Shown one piece after another: positions 1 through 8,248 of a stretch of DNA of 64,000 bases (position 1 is the stretch's first letter; every line of letters begins with the position of its first letter). The notes below the pieces were generated by a model, which had not been told where the DNA came from, did not search any database, and worked only from the letters and a program-made list of their open reading frames with translations. The position numbers and the translations under genes were made by a program. This DNA is from an uncultured Myxococcales bacterium (GTDB lineage: Bacteria > Myxococcota_A > UBA9042). Location of the stretch: the NCBI GenBank assembly GCA_903955385.1, contig CAJBNH010000033.1, positions 27,586 through 91,585 on the forward strand, in the 5' to 3' direction.

Positions 1-1
1 G

Positions 2-250
2 GGCGACGTGAAGGAACAGACGCACCAGGTCATGCGCAACCTGCAGGCGGTGTTGCGGGCGGCGGGAGGCGACTTCCAGCACGTGGTGAAGACGTCGATC
101 TTCCTGCGCGATCTTGCTGACTTCGCACACGTGAACGAGGTGTACGCCAGCTACCTGACGCCGCCGTATCCGGCCCGCGCCACGGTGGAGGTGAGCCGAC
201 TTCCGCGCGACGTGAAGGTGGAGATCGACGCGGTAGCCGTCATTCCGTGA
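2..250 (+). CDS. RidA/YjgF/TdcF-family reactive-intermediate deaminase; 5' end truncated by the window edge
   Basis: The ORF at 8..250 translates to a C-terminal sequence typical of the RidA family (…VVKTSIFLRDLADFAHVNEVYASYLTPPYPARATVEV…). It runs off the 5' end of the window. Confidence 0.75.
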   Translation, partial: GDVKEQTHQVMRNLQAVLRAAGGDFQHVVKTSIFLRDLADFAHVNEVYASYLTPPYPARATVEVSRLPRDVKVEIDAVAVIP

Positions 251-325
251 CGTGGCGACGCGGCGACCGACCGGGGTTGGGGGACCACGGTCATCAAGTG
301 TGAATTCGCTAGCATCGGAGGGGAG

Positions 326-1255
326 ATGCAAACGCTTGTCGTCGTCAATCCGGCGTCGAGAGGGGGGCGTACCGGTCGCGCGTGGGCCATCATGCAGGAC
401 ACCGTGCTTGCGCGGCTGGGTCCGTGCGAGGTCCACCTGACCCACGGTCCCCACGAAGCCACGCGCATCGTGCGACAGGCGCTGCGGTCGGGTGTCCGGC
501 GCGTCATCAGCGTTGGCGGTGACGGCACGCATCACGAGGTCACCAACGGCTTTTTCGACCCGGAGACGCAGCGACCCTTGGCCCCCGACGCGGTGCTGGG
601 CTTGCTGTCGAGCGGCACGGGCAGCGATCTGGTACGGTCGTTTGGGTTGGGCGAGAGCCTGGAGGCCGACCTGGAGCGACTGGTGGCAAGTCCAGGCGTG
701 CCCATCGACGTCATCGCATGCACGGCAACCACGGAACAGGGCGAGCGAAAGGCGATCTCGATCAACATCGCGTCCGTGGGGCAGGCGGGTGACTTGGTGC
801 AGACCGTCAACCGCGGCTTCAAGGGCATCGGCGGCGGCTTCCCGTTCGTCGCCTACGGCGTCGTCAGAGCCTTTCGCATCGCGCCATGGGACGTCGAACT
901 GCAGGTGGACGACGGTGCTCCTGAGACTCGACGGATGCGCAACCTCGCGATCTGCAACGGGCGATACCAAGGCGGCGGCATGAATCCCGCCCCACAGGCC
1001 AAGCTGGACGACGGGCAGCTCGACCTCGTCTCGATCGGCGACCTCGGGCCGATTCGCTCGATCCGCGCTGGTTTGGCGTCCTACTCTGGCCGGATGCACC
1101 TGCACGCAGGCATCTGGACCGGCACTGCGCGCACCCTGACGCTGACGCCGATGCCCAGCCAGATGCCGATGTTGGTCGAGGCGGACGGAGAGTTGCTGGG
1201 ACACGCTCCGGCTACGTTCCGCGTGATGCATCGGGCGCTGCTTGTCGCGATCTGA
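326..1255 (+). CDS. Lipid kinase of the diacylglycerol-kinase catalytic-domain family (YegS/BmrU-like)
   Basis: 309 aa. It carries the DAGK_cat signature (…VVVNPASRGG…RRVISVGGDGTHHEVTNG…). Confidence 0.8.
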   Translation: MQTLVVVNPASRGGRTGRAWAIMQDTVLARLGPCEVHLTHGPHEATRIVRQALRSGVRRVISVGGDGTHHEVTNGFFDPETQRPLAPDAVLGLLSSGTGSDLVRSFGLGESLEADLERLVASPGVPIDVIACTATTEQGERKAISINIASVGQAGDLVQTVNRGFKGIGGGFPFVAYGVVRAFRIAPWDVELQVDDGAPETRRMRNLAICNGRYQGGGMNPAPQAKLDDGQLDLVSIGDLGPIRSIRAGLASYSGRMHLHAGIWTGTARTLTLTPMPSQMPMLVEADGELLGHAPATFRVMHRALLVAI

Positions 1256-1453
1256 CACCTCACGCAAACGGGCAGCAGGCCCGAGTTTCCGCCCCACGCA
1301 ACACCTGCGGAGTCGTGATAGCTGCGGTGCGTGGCCGGTGGACGCCTTGACACCCGTCCTCCGCCGCCTTTCGTTGCCGTGGCTCCTGCGACGCGCGCCG
1401 CCATTTGCCGCGCTCGCCGGCCGCGACATCCCCAGACCAGAGAGGCTTTTCGC

Positions 1454-3442
1454 ATGACTGTCGAGACCCGCGCATTCCAAGCCCATACCCGCAAGCTGTT
1501 GGACCTGATGATCCACAGCATCTACTCGCACAAGGAGATCTTCCTGCGCGAGCTGTTGTCGAATGCCTCGGACGCCATCGACAAGGTGCGCTTCGAGGCC
1601 CTGACCAACCCCGAGCTGGCGACCGCCGAACACCGCATCAAGCTGGTGCCCGACGCCGACAACCGCACGCTGACGATCATCGACAACGGCATCGGCATGT
1701 CGCACGACGAGGTGGTCGAGCACATCGGCACGATCGCGAAGTCGGGGTCAGAGGCCTATGCCGAGAAGCTGCGCACGGCATCGACCGACACGGCCATTCC
1801 GGAGCTGATCGGCCAGTTCGGCGTGGGCTTCTACAGCGCGTTCATGGTGGCACGCAAAGTGCTGCTCGAGACGCAAAAGGCCGGAGAACCCGAGGCGATC
1901 CGCTGGGAATCGACGGGCGACGGCCAGTACACGATCGAGCGCCTGCCGCCCCGCGAGCGCGGCACGACCATCACGCTGTTCCTGCGCCCGACCAAAGAGC
2001 ACGGCGACGACGAGGGGGATGCGACCGACGACATCGCGACCGCCGGTGACGACGCCCGCAACGATCAGGACTATGCCGAGCCGTGGGTGCTGCGGCAGAT
2101 CGTCAAGAAGTACAGTGACTTCATCGCGTTCCCGATCGTCATGGACCGCGAGCACATCGACGTCGAGCGCGACGACGACGGCAAGGTGATCGCGGGCGGC
2201 ACCCCCACGAAGACCGTCGAGACCGACACGCTGAACTCGATGAAGGCGCTGTGGACCCGCCCCGCGTCGGGCATCGAGCGCACGGAGTACGACGAGTTCT
2301 ACAAGCACGTCACGCACGACTGGACCGACCCGTCCGAGGTCATCCACCTGCACGTCGAGGGCACGCAGGAGTACACCGCACTGCTGTACATCCCGTCCAA
2401 GGCGCCGTTTGACCTGTACTCGCGCGAGCAGCGGCGCGGGTTGCAGCTCTACATCAAGCGCGTCTTCATCAGCGAAGAGGTCAAGGAGCTGATCCCGGAG
2501 TACCTGCGCTTCGTGAAGGGCTTGGTGGACTCGTCGGACCTGCCGCTGAACATGTCGCGCGAGGTGATTCAGCAAGACCGGCTGGTGGCGGTGATCCGCA
2601 AGCACCTGACCAATAAGGTGATCAGTTACTTGAAGGATCTGCAGGCAAAGGATCGCCCCCGCTATGAAACCCTGTGGACCGAGTTTGGTCCCGCGCTGAA
2701 AGAGGGCTTCCACTACGACCCGACGGTCAAGGACAAGCTGGCCGACCTGGTGCTGGTGGCGTCAACGCACGGCCCCGGGCTGTTCACCCTGAAGGAGATC
2801 GCCGAGCGGGCCAAGGAAGGGCAGAAGGCGCTCTACTACCTCACGGGCGACAACCGCGAGATCCTGGGGCAGGCGCCGCAGCTCGAGGTGTTCCGCAAGC
2901 GCGGCGTCGAGGTGATCCTGCTGGGCGACCCCATCGACGAGATCATGGTCGGCACGCTGGACAAGTTCGCCGACAAGCCCCTGAAGTCGGCGGCGCGCGG
3001 CGAGCTGGACGAGCTGCCCGAGGCGCAGGGCGACGACGCCAAACCCCAGGAAGAGGCTGGCGATCTGACGCTGCTGACCACCAAGCTGAAAGACCTGCTG
3101 AAGGACGACGTGTCGGACGTGCGCGTGTCGAATCGATTGACCGACTCGGCGGTGTGTCTGGTGTCCGACGAGCAGGCGCTGAGCCCGCATCTGGCGCGGC
3201 TGATGCAGTCGATGGGCCAGTCGGTGCCGGCGCAGAAGCGGCTGATGGAGATCAACGCCACGCACCCGGCGATTCGCGGGCTGCAGGACCTGGCAGGCCG
3301 AGAGGGATCGGAAGAGAAGCTGAAGGACTACGCAGAGATGCTGTTGGACCAGGCGTTGCTGGCCGAGGGCGCACCGCTGAAGAATCCTGCGCAGTTTGCC
3401 CGTCGTGTGGCCGACGCGATGGCGGCAGCGGTGGCCCGCTAG
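1454..3442 (+). CDS. htpG: Molecular chaperone HtpG (Hsp90)
   Basis: N-terminal GHKL ATPase motifs (ELLSNASDAIDKVRFE, IIDNGIGM, GQFGVGFYS) and the conserved middle and C-terminal domains are present. The ATG at 1454 sits inside the longer ORF-track frame that starts at 1331. Confidence 0.93.
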   Translation: MTVETRAFQAHTRKLLDLMIHSIYSHKEIFLRELLSNASDAIDKVRFEALTNPELATAEHRIKLVPDADNRTLTIIDNGIGMSHDEVVEHIGTIAKSGSEAYAEKLRTASTDTAIPELIGQFGVGFYSAFMVARKVLLETQKAGEPEAIRWESTGDGQYTIERLPPRERGTTITLFLRPTKEHGDDEGDATDDIATAGDDARNDQDYAEPWVLRQIVKKYSDFIAFPIVMDREHIDVERDDDGKVIAGGTPTKTVETDTLNSMKALWTRPASGIERTEYDEFYKHVTHDWTDPSEVIHLHVEGTQEYTALLYIPSKAPFDLYSREQRRGLQLYIKRVFISEEVKELIPEYLRFVKGLVDSSDLPLNMSREVIQQDRLVAVIRKHLTNKVISYLKDLQAKDRPRYETLWTEFGPALKEGFHYDPTVKDKLADLVLVASTHGPGLFTLKEIAERAKEGQKALYYLTGDNREILGQAPQLEVFRKRGVEVILLGDPIDEIMVGTLDKFADKPLKSAARGELDELPEAQGDDAKPQEEAGDLTLLTTKLKDLLKDDVSDVRVSNRLTDSAVCLVSDEQALSPHLARLMQSMGQSVPAQKRLMEINATHPAIRGLQDLAGREGSEEKLKDYAEMLLDQALLAEGAPLKNPAQFARRVADAMAAAVAR

Positions 3443-3490
3443 CGTCTGCCGAAGTACCGTACCGGCAGTCCGCACCCAAGGCCTGCCGCC

Positions 3491-6004
3491 ATGCGCATCC
3501 TGCCGAAGCTTCTGGTCGTTCCGCTGGCCACTCTTGCGGTCTCGCTTGCCTGGCCGGCCCACGCCGCACTTCCCCCCGTCCAAGCCTACGGGCTGCGCAC
3601 GACCACCAACGGCCACGCCGCAGTTGTCGTCGACGAGGCCACGGGCCGGGTACGCGACTTCTTCCTGCACCTGTACCGCCATCGCTCGCCCACCGAGACA
3701 ACGACCGACGTGCTGTACGACGCCTACTTCGGGCTGCGGCCTTCCGGCGGGCAGGGCGTGTGGGCCAACGCGCTGCCGCATCCGGTGCCGTTTGCCAAGT
3801 GCTTGGAAGGCAAGGCTTGTGTGGCAGACGAGGCGGCATTCGGCTATGTCGGCACCACCGGCATCGTGCGCGATGTGCGGGTTCAGGACGGCGTGCTGCT
3901 GCAGACCCACGCCTTTGCCCCGCAAACGCTGGCCGGGCAGGCGATGGTGTTGGTGGCCGTCGTACGCAACACCGCAACGACACAGAAGAAGATCGATCTG
4001 GGACTGCTGCTGAACGCGCACGTGGGGCCGGGAATGCCAGAGGCCACGGAGCAGGCGGAGCAAATCCTGCAGGTCTCGCCCCACGCTCTGTACGAGAAGT
4101 CGGCGCAGAGTCCGCACGCACTGCTGTACCGGGCGCTGGACGGTGCGGGCAACCGGACGCCCTCGGGCCCAGACTCGCCGACTGGGCTGGACGTGTGGAA
4201 TCCGTGGGACAAGTTCCAAAAGAATCAGACGTTCTCGACAGATGCGGTGTCCAGCGTGGGGACTGACCGTGTGGCGGGGCTGCAGTGGTCGGACCTGACG
4301 CTGGCCCCGGGGGCCGAGCGGACCTTGGGCGTGTTGGTGCTGTACGGCGAGAACGCGACGGCGGCTACCCTGACCCTGCAGGCTGACGTGTGGCTGGCGG
4401 GACGGACGGCGCTGGACGTGCTGCAGGACGAGCTGGCCGAGTGGCAGACGTGGCAGGGCAAGGCCAAGCTGCCCCAAGCACTGACGCCGCAAGAGGAGTT
4501 CGCCGCTCGTCGGTCGCTGGCGCAGTTGCGCATGGGGCAGGTGCGTGAGCCGAACACGGGACCGCCGCACACGAACCAGACGCCGAACGGCCAGATCGTG
4601 GCCAGCCTGCCACCCGGCATGTGGAACTACACGTGGCCGCGCGACCAGGCCTACGCAGCGGTGGCGCTGGCGGCGGCGGGCCACTTGGACGAGGCACGCG
4701 CGGCGCTGGACTTCCTGCTGGCGGGCCAAACGGGCAGCTATCAGGCGGAAGTGGGCGCGCCGTATCTGATTTCTCCGACCCGCTACTTTGGCGGCGGTCT
4801 GGAGGAGTCGGACCACAATCAGGACGGCCCCAACATCGAGTTCGACGGCTTTGGCTTGGTGCTGTGGCAGGCGGCGCGGTACGTGCAGGCCTCGAACGAC
4901 CTGACGTGGCTGCAGAAGGCCTGGCCCGACCTGCGCGATGGCGCGGCGGAGTTGCTGGTGCAGTTCGCAGACGGAACCGGCCTGATCAAGCCCGACTCGA
5001 GCATCTGGGAGGTGCACTGGAACGGCAAGCAGAAGCACTTCGCCTATACCAGCCTGACGGCCGTGCGCGGGCTGTGTGGGGCGGCGGAGCTGGCAGCCGC
5101 AGTCGGGCAGGGCGACGATGCCGCGAAGTACCGCAAGGCCGCGCAGGGCATCCGCAACGCGGTTCAGACCAAGCTGGTGGGCAGCAACGGCGCGCTGCTG
5201 GGCAATCTGGAGGAGTCGCAAGGCAGCGCCGTCGACGCCGCGGCCGTGGAAGCCTTTCTGGACGGACAGTTGGACCCGGCGGGCGCGGTGGCAAACGCGA
5301 CGCTCTCTCTGTGGCAGCAGAAACTGGCGGCGGGGGGCGGTCCCGGCTTCTTCCGCAACGACGACGGCGGCGAGTACGACAGCAAGGAGTGGTTGTTCAT
5401 CGACTTGCGCTTGCTGCGCTGGATGGACCGCCGCGCCGCCTTGGGTCAGGTGCATCCGTGGGCAGCGCCTCTGCGCCAGCGGGTGCTGGACGTCGCGCTG
5501 GCTGGCGGTGGCATCTTGCCGGAATTGCTGGCAACTCAAGGGGCCACGGCCGGGCAGTTCGACGGTGCCATCCCGATGATGGGCTTCGGCGGTGGTGCAC
5601 TGCTGCTGGCTCTGGGCGGCGCCGACTGGGACGACGACCTGACCGCGTGCCTCGCCCCGCAAAACCCCGACCCGGACCCTGGACCCGACGCGGGTGACGA
5701 CGCGAAGGACCCGCCGGATGCCCCGGTGGAGACGGTGGCCGACGCCGACCCAGAGGTCGTGGAACTGCCTGACACCGCCCAGGATACCGCCGCCGAAGCT
5801 TGGACGGATGCGGACGGCGTCGGCCCGGCAGAATCGGACGGAGATGCGTCGCCCACCGCCGCAAAGGAGAAATCTTCGTCGGGCGGCTGCACCGTCTCCC
5901 AAGGCTCGCGCGTCACAGAACCGGTCAGCTTGTGGCTGCTGCTGGCCACGGGCGCGTTGCTTGCCATTCGCAGAAAGTTCGGGCCCCATCGAGGCTTGCG
6001 ATGA
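3491..6004 (+). CDS. Secreted glycoside hydrolase family 15-like protein (glucoamylase/glucodextranase fold) with a C-terminal MYXO-CTERM sorting signal
   Basis: Signal peptide MRILPKLLVVPLATLAVSLAWPAHA. The GH15-type YxWxRD motif is present (WNYTWPRDQAY) in an (alpha/alpha)6-like region. There is a C-terminal acidic linker. The tail …SSSGGCTVSQ…LWLLLATGALLAIRRKF matches MYXO-CTERM (Gly-Cys, then a hydrophobic helix, then a basic cluster). Confidence 0.8.
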   Translation: MRILPKLLVVPLATLAVSLAWPAHAALPPVQAYGLRTTTNGHAAVVVDEATGRVRDFFLHLYRHRSPTETTTDVLYDAYFGLRPSGGQGVWANALPHPVPFAKCLEGKACVADEAAFGYVGTTGIVRDVRVQDGVLLQTHAFAPQTLAGQAMVLVAVVRNTATTQKKIDLGLLLNAHVGPGMPEATEQAEQILQVSPHALYEKSAQSPHALLYRALDGAGNRTPSGPDSPTGLDVWNPWDKFQKNQTFSTDAVSSVGTDRVAGLQWSDLTLAPGAERTLGVLVLYGENATAATLTLQADVWLAGRTALDVLQDELAEWQTWQGKAKLPQALTPQEEFAARRSLAQLRMGQVREPNTGPPHTNQTPNGQIVASLPPGMWNYTWPRDQAYAAVALAAAGHLDEARAALDFLLAGQTGSYQAEVGAPYLISPTRYFGGGLEESDHNQDGPNIEFDGFGLVLWQAARYVQASNDLTWLQKAWPDLRDGAAELLVQFADGTGLIKPDSSIWEVHWNGKQKHFAYTSLTAVRGLCGAAELAAAVGQGDDAAKYRKAAQGIRNAVQTKLVGSNGALLGNLEESQGSAVDAAAVEAFLDGQLDPAGAVANATLSLWQQKLAAGGGPGFFRNDDGGEYDSKEWLFIDLRLLRWMDRRAALGQVHPWAAPLRQRVLDVALAGGGILPELLATQGATAGQFDGAIPMMGFGGGALLLALGGADWDDDLTACLAPQNPDPDPGPDAGDDAKDPPDAPVETVADADPEVVELPDTAQDTAAEAWTDADGVGPAESDGDASPTAAKEKSSSGGCTVSQGSRVTEPVSLWLLLATGALLAIRRKFGPHRGLR

Positions 6005-6930
6005 AGTGGATGATGTACTTGTTGACTTTCGCCGCAGCACTCGGACTCGTGCTGCTGCCGGCCTGCCGCGAGGCCTCGCCGCCAGTGCCTCCGCCGAAGC
6101 CCGCCCCGCCGAAGGTTCAGGAGCCGACCGCCCCTTCCGGTCCCTCGCCCGCCCAACAGGCACAGGCAAAGCTGGTGGCCGAGCTGGCGTCGGACCCCAC
6201 GGCCACCGTCAGCCAGGGCTTTGTGCTGGTGCCGCCGGGGCGCTTTCGGATGGGCACCCCCAACGGAGAAATCGAGGAGGACTGGAACGACGCACCCGTC
6301 CACGAGGTCGTCCTGACGCACGCCTTCGAGATTCAGAAGACGGAGGTGACCCAGGCGCAGTACGCCTGGCTTGCGGGGTTGCAGCCCGATCAGGACACGA
6401 AGTGCCCGGACTGTCCGGTGGCGAACGTCTCGTGGTTTCAGGCCGCCGAGTACTGCAACCAGCTGTCGCGACAGAAGAACCTGCCCATGTGTCACACGCT
6501 GTCGGCGACCGACGCCACCTTCGAGGGGCTGACCTGTCGCGGCTATCGGCTGCCGACAGAGGCAGAGTGGGAGTACGCAGCGCGCGCCGGCACCGCTGGA
6601 CCGCGGTTTGGCCCCACCGACGAGGTCGCGTGGGTCGACAGCAACTCCAGCCTGAAGGCACACCCGGTCGGCCAGAAGAGGCCGAATCCATGGGGGATCC
6701 TTGACCCGCTGGGCAACATTTGCGAGTGGACGCAGGACTGGATGGGCGACTATCCGGCCGGCCCCGTGACCGACCCCGTGGGGCCGGCGACGGGACAGAA
6801 CCGTGTGTTCCGCGGCGGCAGCTTCCAATACCCGGACGTCGAATCGAGGGCAGGGTTCCGCAACGCCTATGGTCCCGGCAACCGCGTCGACTTCATCGGT
6901 TTTCGCTGCGTGCGGACGGTAGGGCGGTAG
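6001..6930 (+). CDS. Lipoprotein with a formylglycine-generating-enzyme (FGE/SUMF1)-family domain
   Basis: Lipobox LLPAC. The SUMF1/FGE-sulfatase domain is present (…VPPGRFRMGTPNGE…HEVVLTHAFEIQKTEVTQAQY…VSWFQAAEYCN…RLPTEAEWEYAARAG…). The ATG overlaps the upstream stop as ATGA (6001-6004). Confidence 0.85.
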   Translation: MKWMMYLLTFAAALGLVLLPACREASPPVPPPKPAPPKVQEPTAPSGPSPAQQAQAKLVAELASDPTATVSQGFVLVPPGRFRMGTPNGEIEEDWNDAPVHEVVLTHAFEIQKTEVTQAQYAWLAGLQPDQDTKCPDCPVANVSWFQAAEYCNQLSRQKNLPMCHTLSATDATFEGLTCRGYRLPTEAEWEYAARAGTAGPRFGPTDEVAWVDSNSSLKAHPVGQKRPNPWGILDPLGNICEWTQDWMGDYPAGPVTDPVGPATGQNRVFRGGSFQYPDVESRAGFRNAYGPGNRVDFIGFRCVRTVGR

Positions 6931-6942
6931 CGGCCTGAGGGC

Positions 6943-8082
6943 CTACTGCTGGCGGTCCCAAGTCGGGTAGAGCACGACCTTCTGCTCGGTACCCGCTGCG
7001 ATGCGCTTGTAGCCCACGCCCAGCTGGCTCAGGGGCAGCTCGCTGGTGATCAGGAACGAGGTATCCAGTCCCTTGTTCAGCAAGTCCATCATGGTGTCCC
7101 ACGAGCGGAACATCTCGCGGCCGATGATCGCGTGCAACGTCAGGCCGCGATAGATGATCTTCTGGCCGAAGTCCTGCAGCGTCACGGCCGAGTCGGTCGG
7201 CAGGCCCAGCAGCACCACGTCGCCCGCGGCGCGCGCGCAGCGGATGCAGTCGTTGATGGCATCCGGGTGACCGCTGATCTCCATCGACACGTCGACGCCG
7301 CCGCCGGTGATGTCGATGATGTGCTGGACCAAGGTGTTGCGGTGGGCGCTGTCGATCAGGTGGGTCGTCAGCCGGTCGCTGAAGCCACCGACCTTGGCGC
7401 GGTCCTCAGCCTTGCGCAACGCCTTGGGCTTGACGTCCATCACGTGGATCGCCTTGGCGCCCAGCACTGCCAGCACCTCGACGACCATCGCGCCGATCGC
7501 GCCGTAGCCAGCGACCAGCACCGTCTTGCCAGCGACCGGCACCTTGCACGCGGTGTGGATGGCGTTGCCCAGCGGGTCCAGGAACGCGGCGACGCGCAGC
7601 GGCACCTTGGCAGGCACGCGCTGGACGTTTGCGGCGCTGACGCACAGGTAATCGGCGAAGGAACCGGCTTCATTGGCGCCACGGTAGCGGGTGTTGGCAC
7701 AGGCGTGGGCCTTGCCGTCGAGGCACGCGGGGCAGTGGCCGCAGACCTCGTGCATCTCGGCCGTGACGTACTCGCCAATCTCCCAACCGGTGACGCCAGC
7801 GCCGAGCTTGTCGATATACCCGGCGAATTCATGACCTTGGATAAACGGCGGCTCGAGCAGCTTGCGCAGCGACTCGTCGAACTTGGCGATGTGCACGTCG
7901 GTGCCGCAGATGCCACAGGCGGCGACGGCGATGCGCACCTGATTGGGGCCAGGCTCTGGCGTGGGCACGTCGGTGCGGTACTCCCAGACGCCGAATTTCG
8001 GGACGACGACGGCGTTCATGACCTTGGGGGCGGGACCACCCGGAACGATGCGGGTCGGGCGAGAGGCGGTGTCGTTAGGCAT
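6943..8082 (-). CDS. Zn-dependent medium-chain alcohol dehydrogenase (threonine/sorbitol dehydrogenase-like)
   Basis: Structural-zinc CxxC motifs (CGHCPACLDGKAHAC), the catalytic zinc ligand (GHEFAG) and the Rossmann motif GYGAIGAM are all present. An alternative start lies at 8019 (MNAVVVPKF…). Confidence 0.85.
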   Translation of the reverse strand: MPNDTASRPTRIVPGGPAPKVMNAVVVPKFGVWEYRTDVPTPEPGPNQVRIAVAACGICGTDVHIAKFDESLRKLLEPPFIQGHEFAGYIDKLGAGVTGWEIGEYVTAEMHEVCGHCPACLDGKAHACANTRYRGANEAGSFADYLCVSAANVQRVPAKVPLRVAAFLDPLGNAIHTACKVPVAGKTVLVAGYGAIGAMVVEVLAVLGAKAIHVMDVKPKALRKAEDRAKVGGFSDRLTTHLIDSAHRNTLVQHIIDITGGGVDVSMEISGHPDAINDCIRCARAAGDVVLLGLPTDSAVTLQDFGQKIIYRGLTLHAIIGREMFRSWDTMMDLLNKGLDTSFLITSELPLSQLGVGYKRIAAGTEQKVVLYPTWDRQQ

Positions 8083-8248
8083 GATTCTCCGGGGAGCATT
8101 CGGTAGGGGGGAGGGGAATGCAGGACGACCCGAGAAGTGGGGGCCGTCGAGGTGAGAATTGGAGCACATCGGCGGTGGGTTTGTCGACGGTCCTGCGTGA
8201 GAGAGCGTGCAGAACCTGACGGCGGGGACGACCAAGCGGTCGTGGGCG

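Noticed and set aside
1360-1400. Sigma-32/sigma-70 promoter upstream of htpG (CTTGACA…)
   Set aside because: A -35-like hexamer is present, but no convincing -10 sits at a proper spacing.
1331-1453. Upstream extension of htpG in the ORF track
   Set aside because: The conserved Hsp90 N-terminus starts at the ATG at 1454. The extension is Pro/Arg-rich and unconserved.
2762-6169. 1135-aa minus-strand ORF (and 2674..4266 on plus, 3252..4121 on minus)
   Set aside because: It is antisense to htpG and the GH15 gene. The composition is Arg/Ala/Gly-rich with no motifs. This is the typical open-frame artefact of high-GC DNA.
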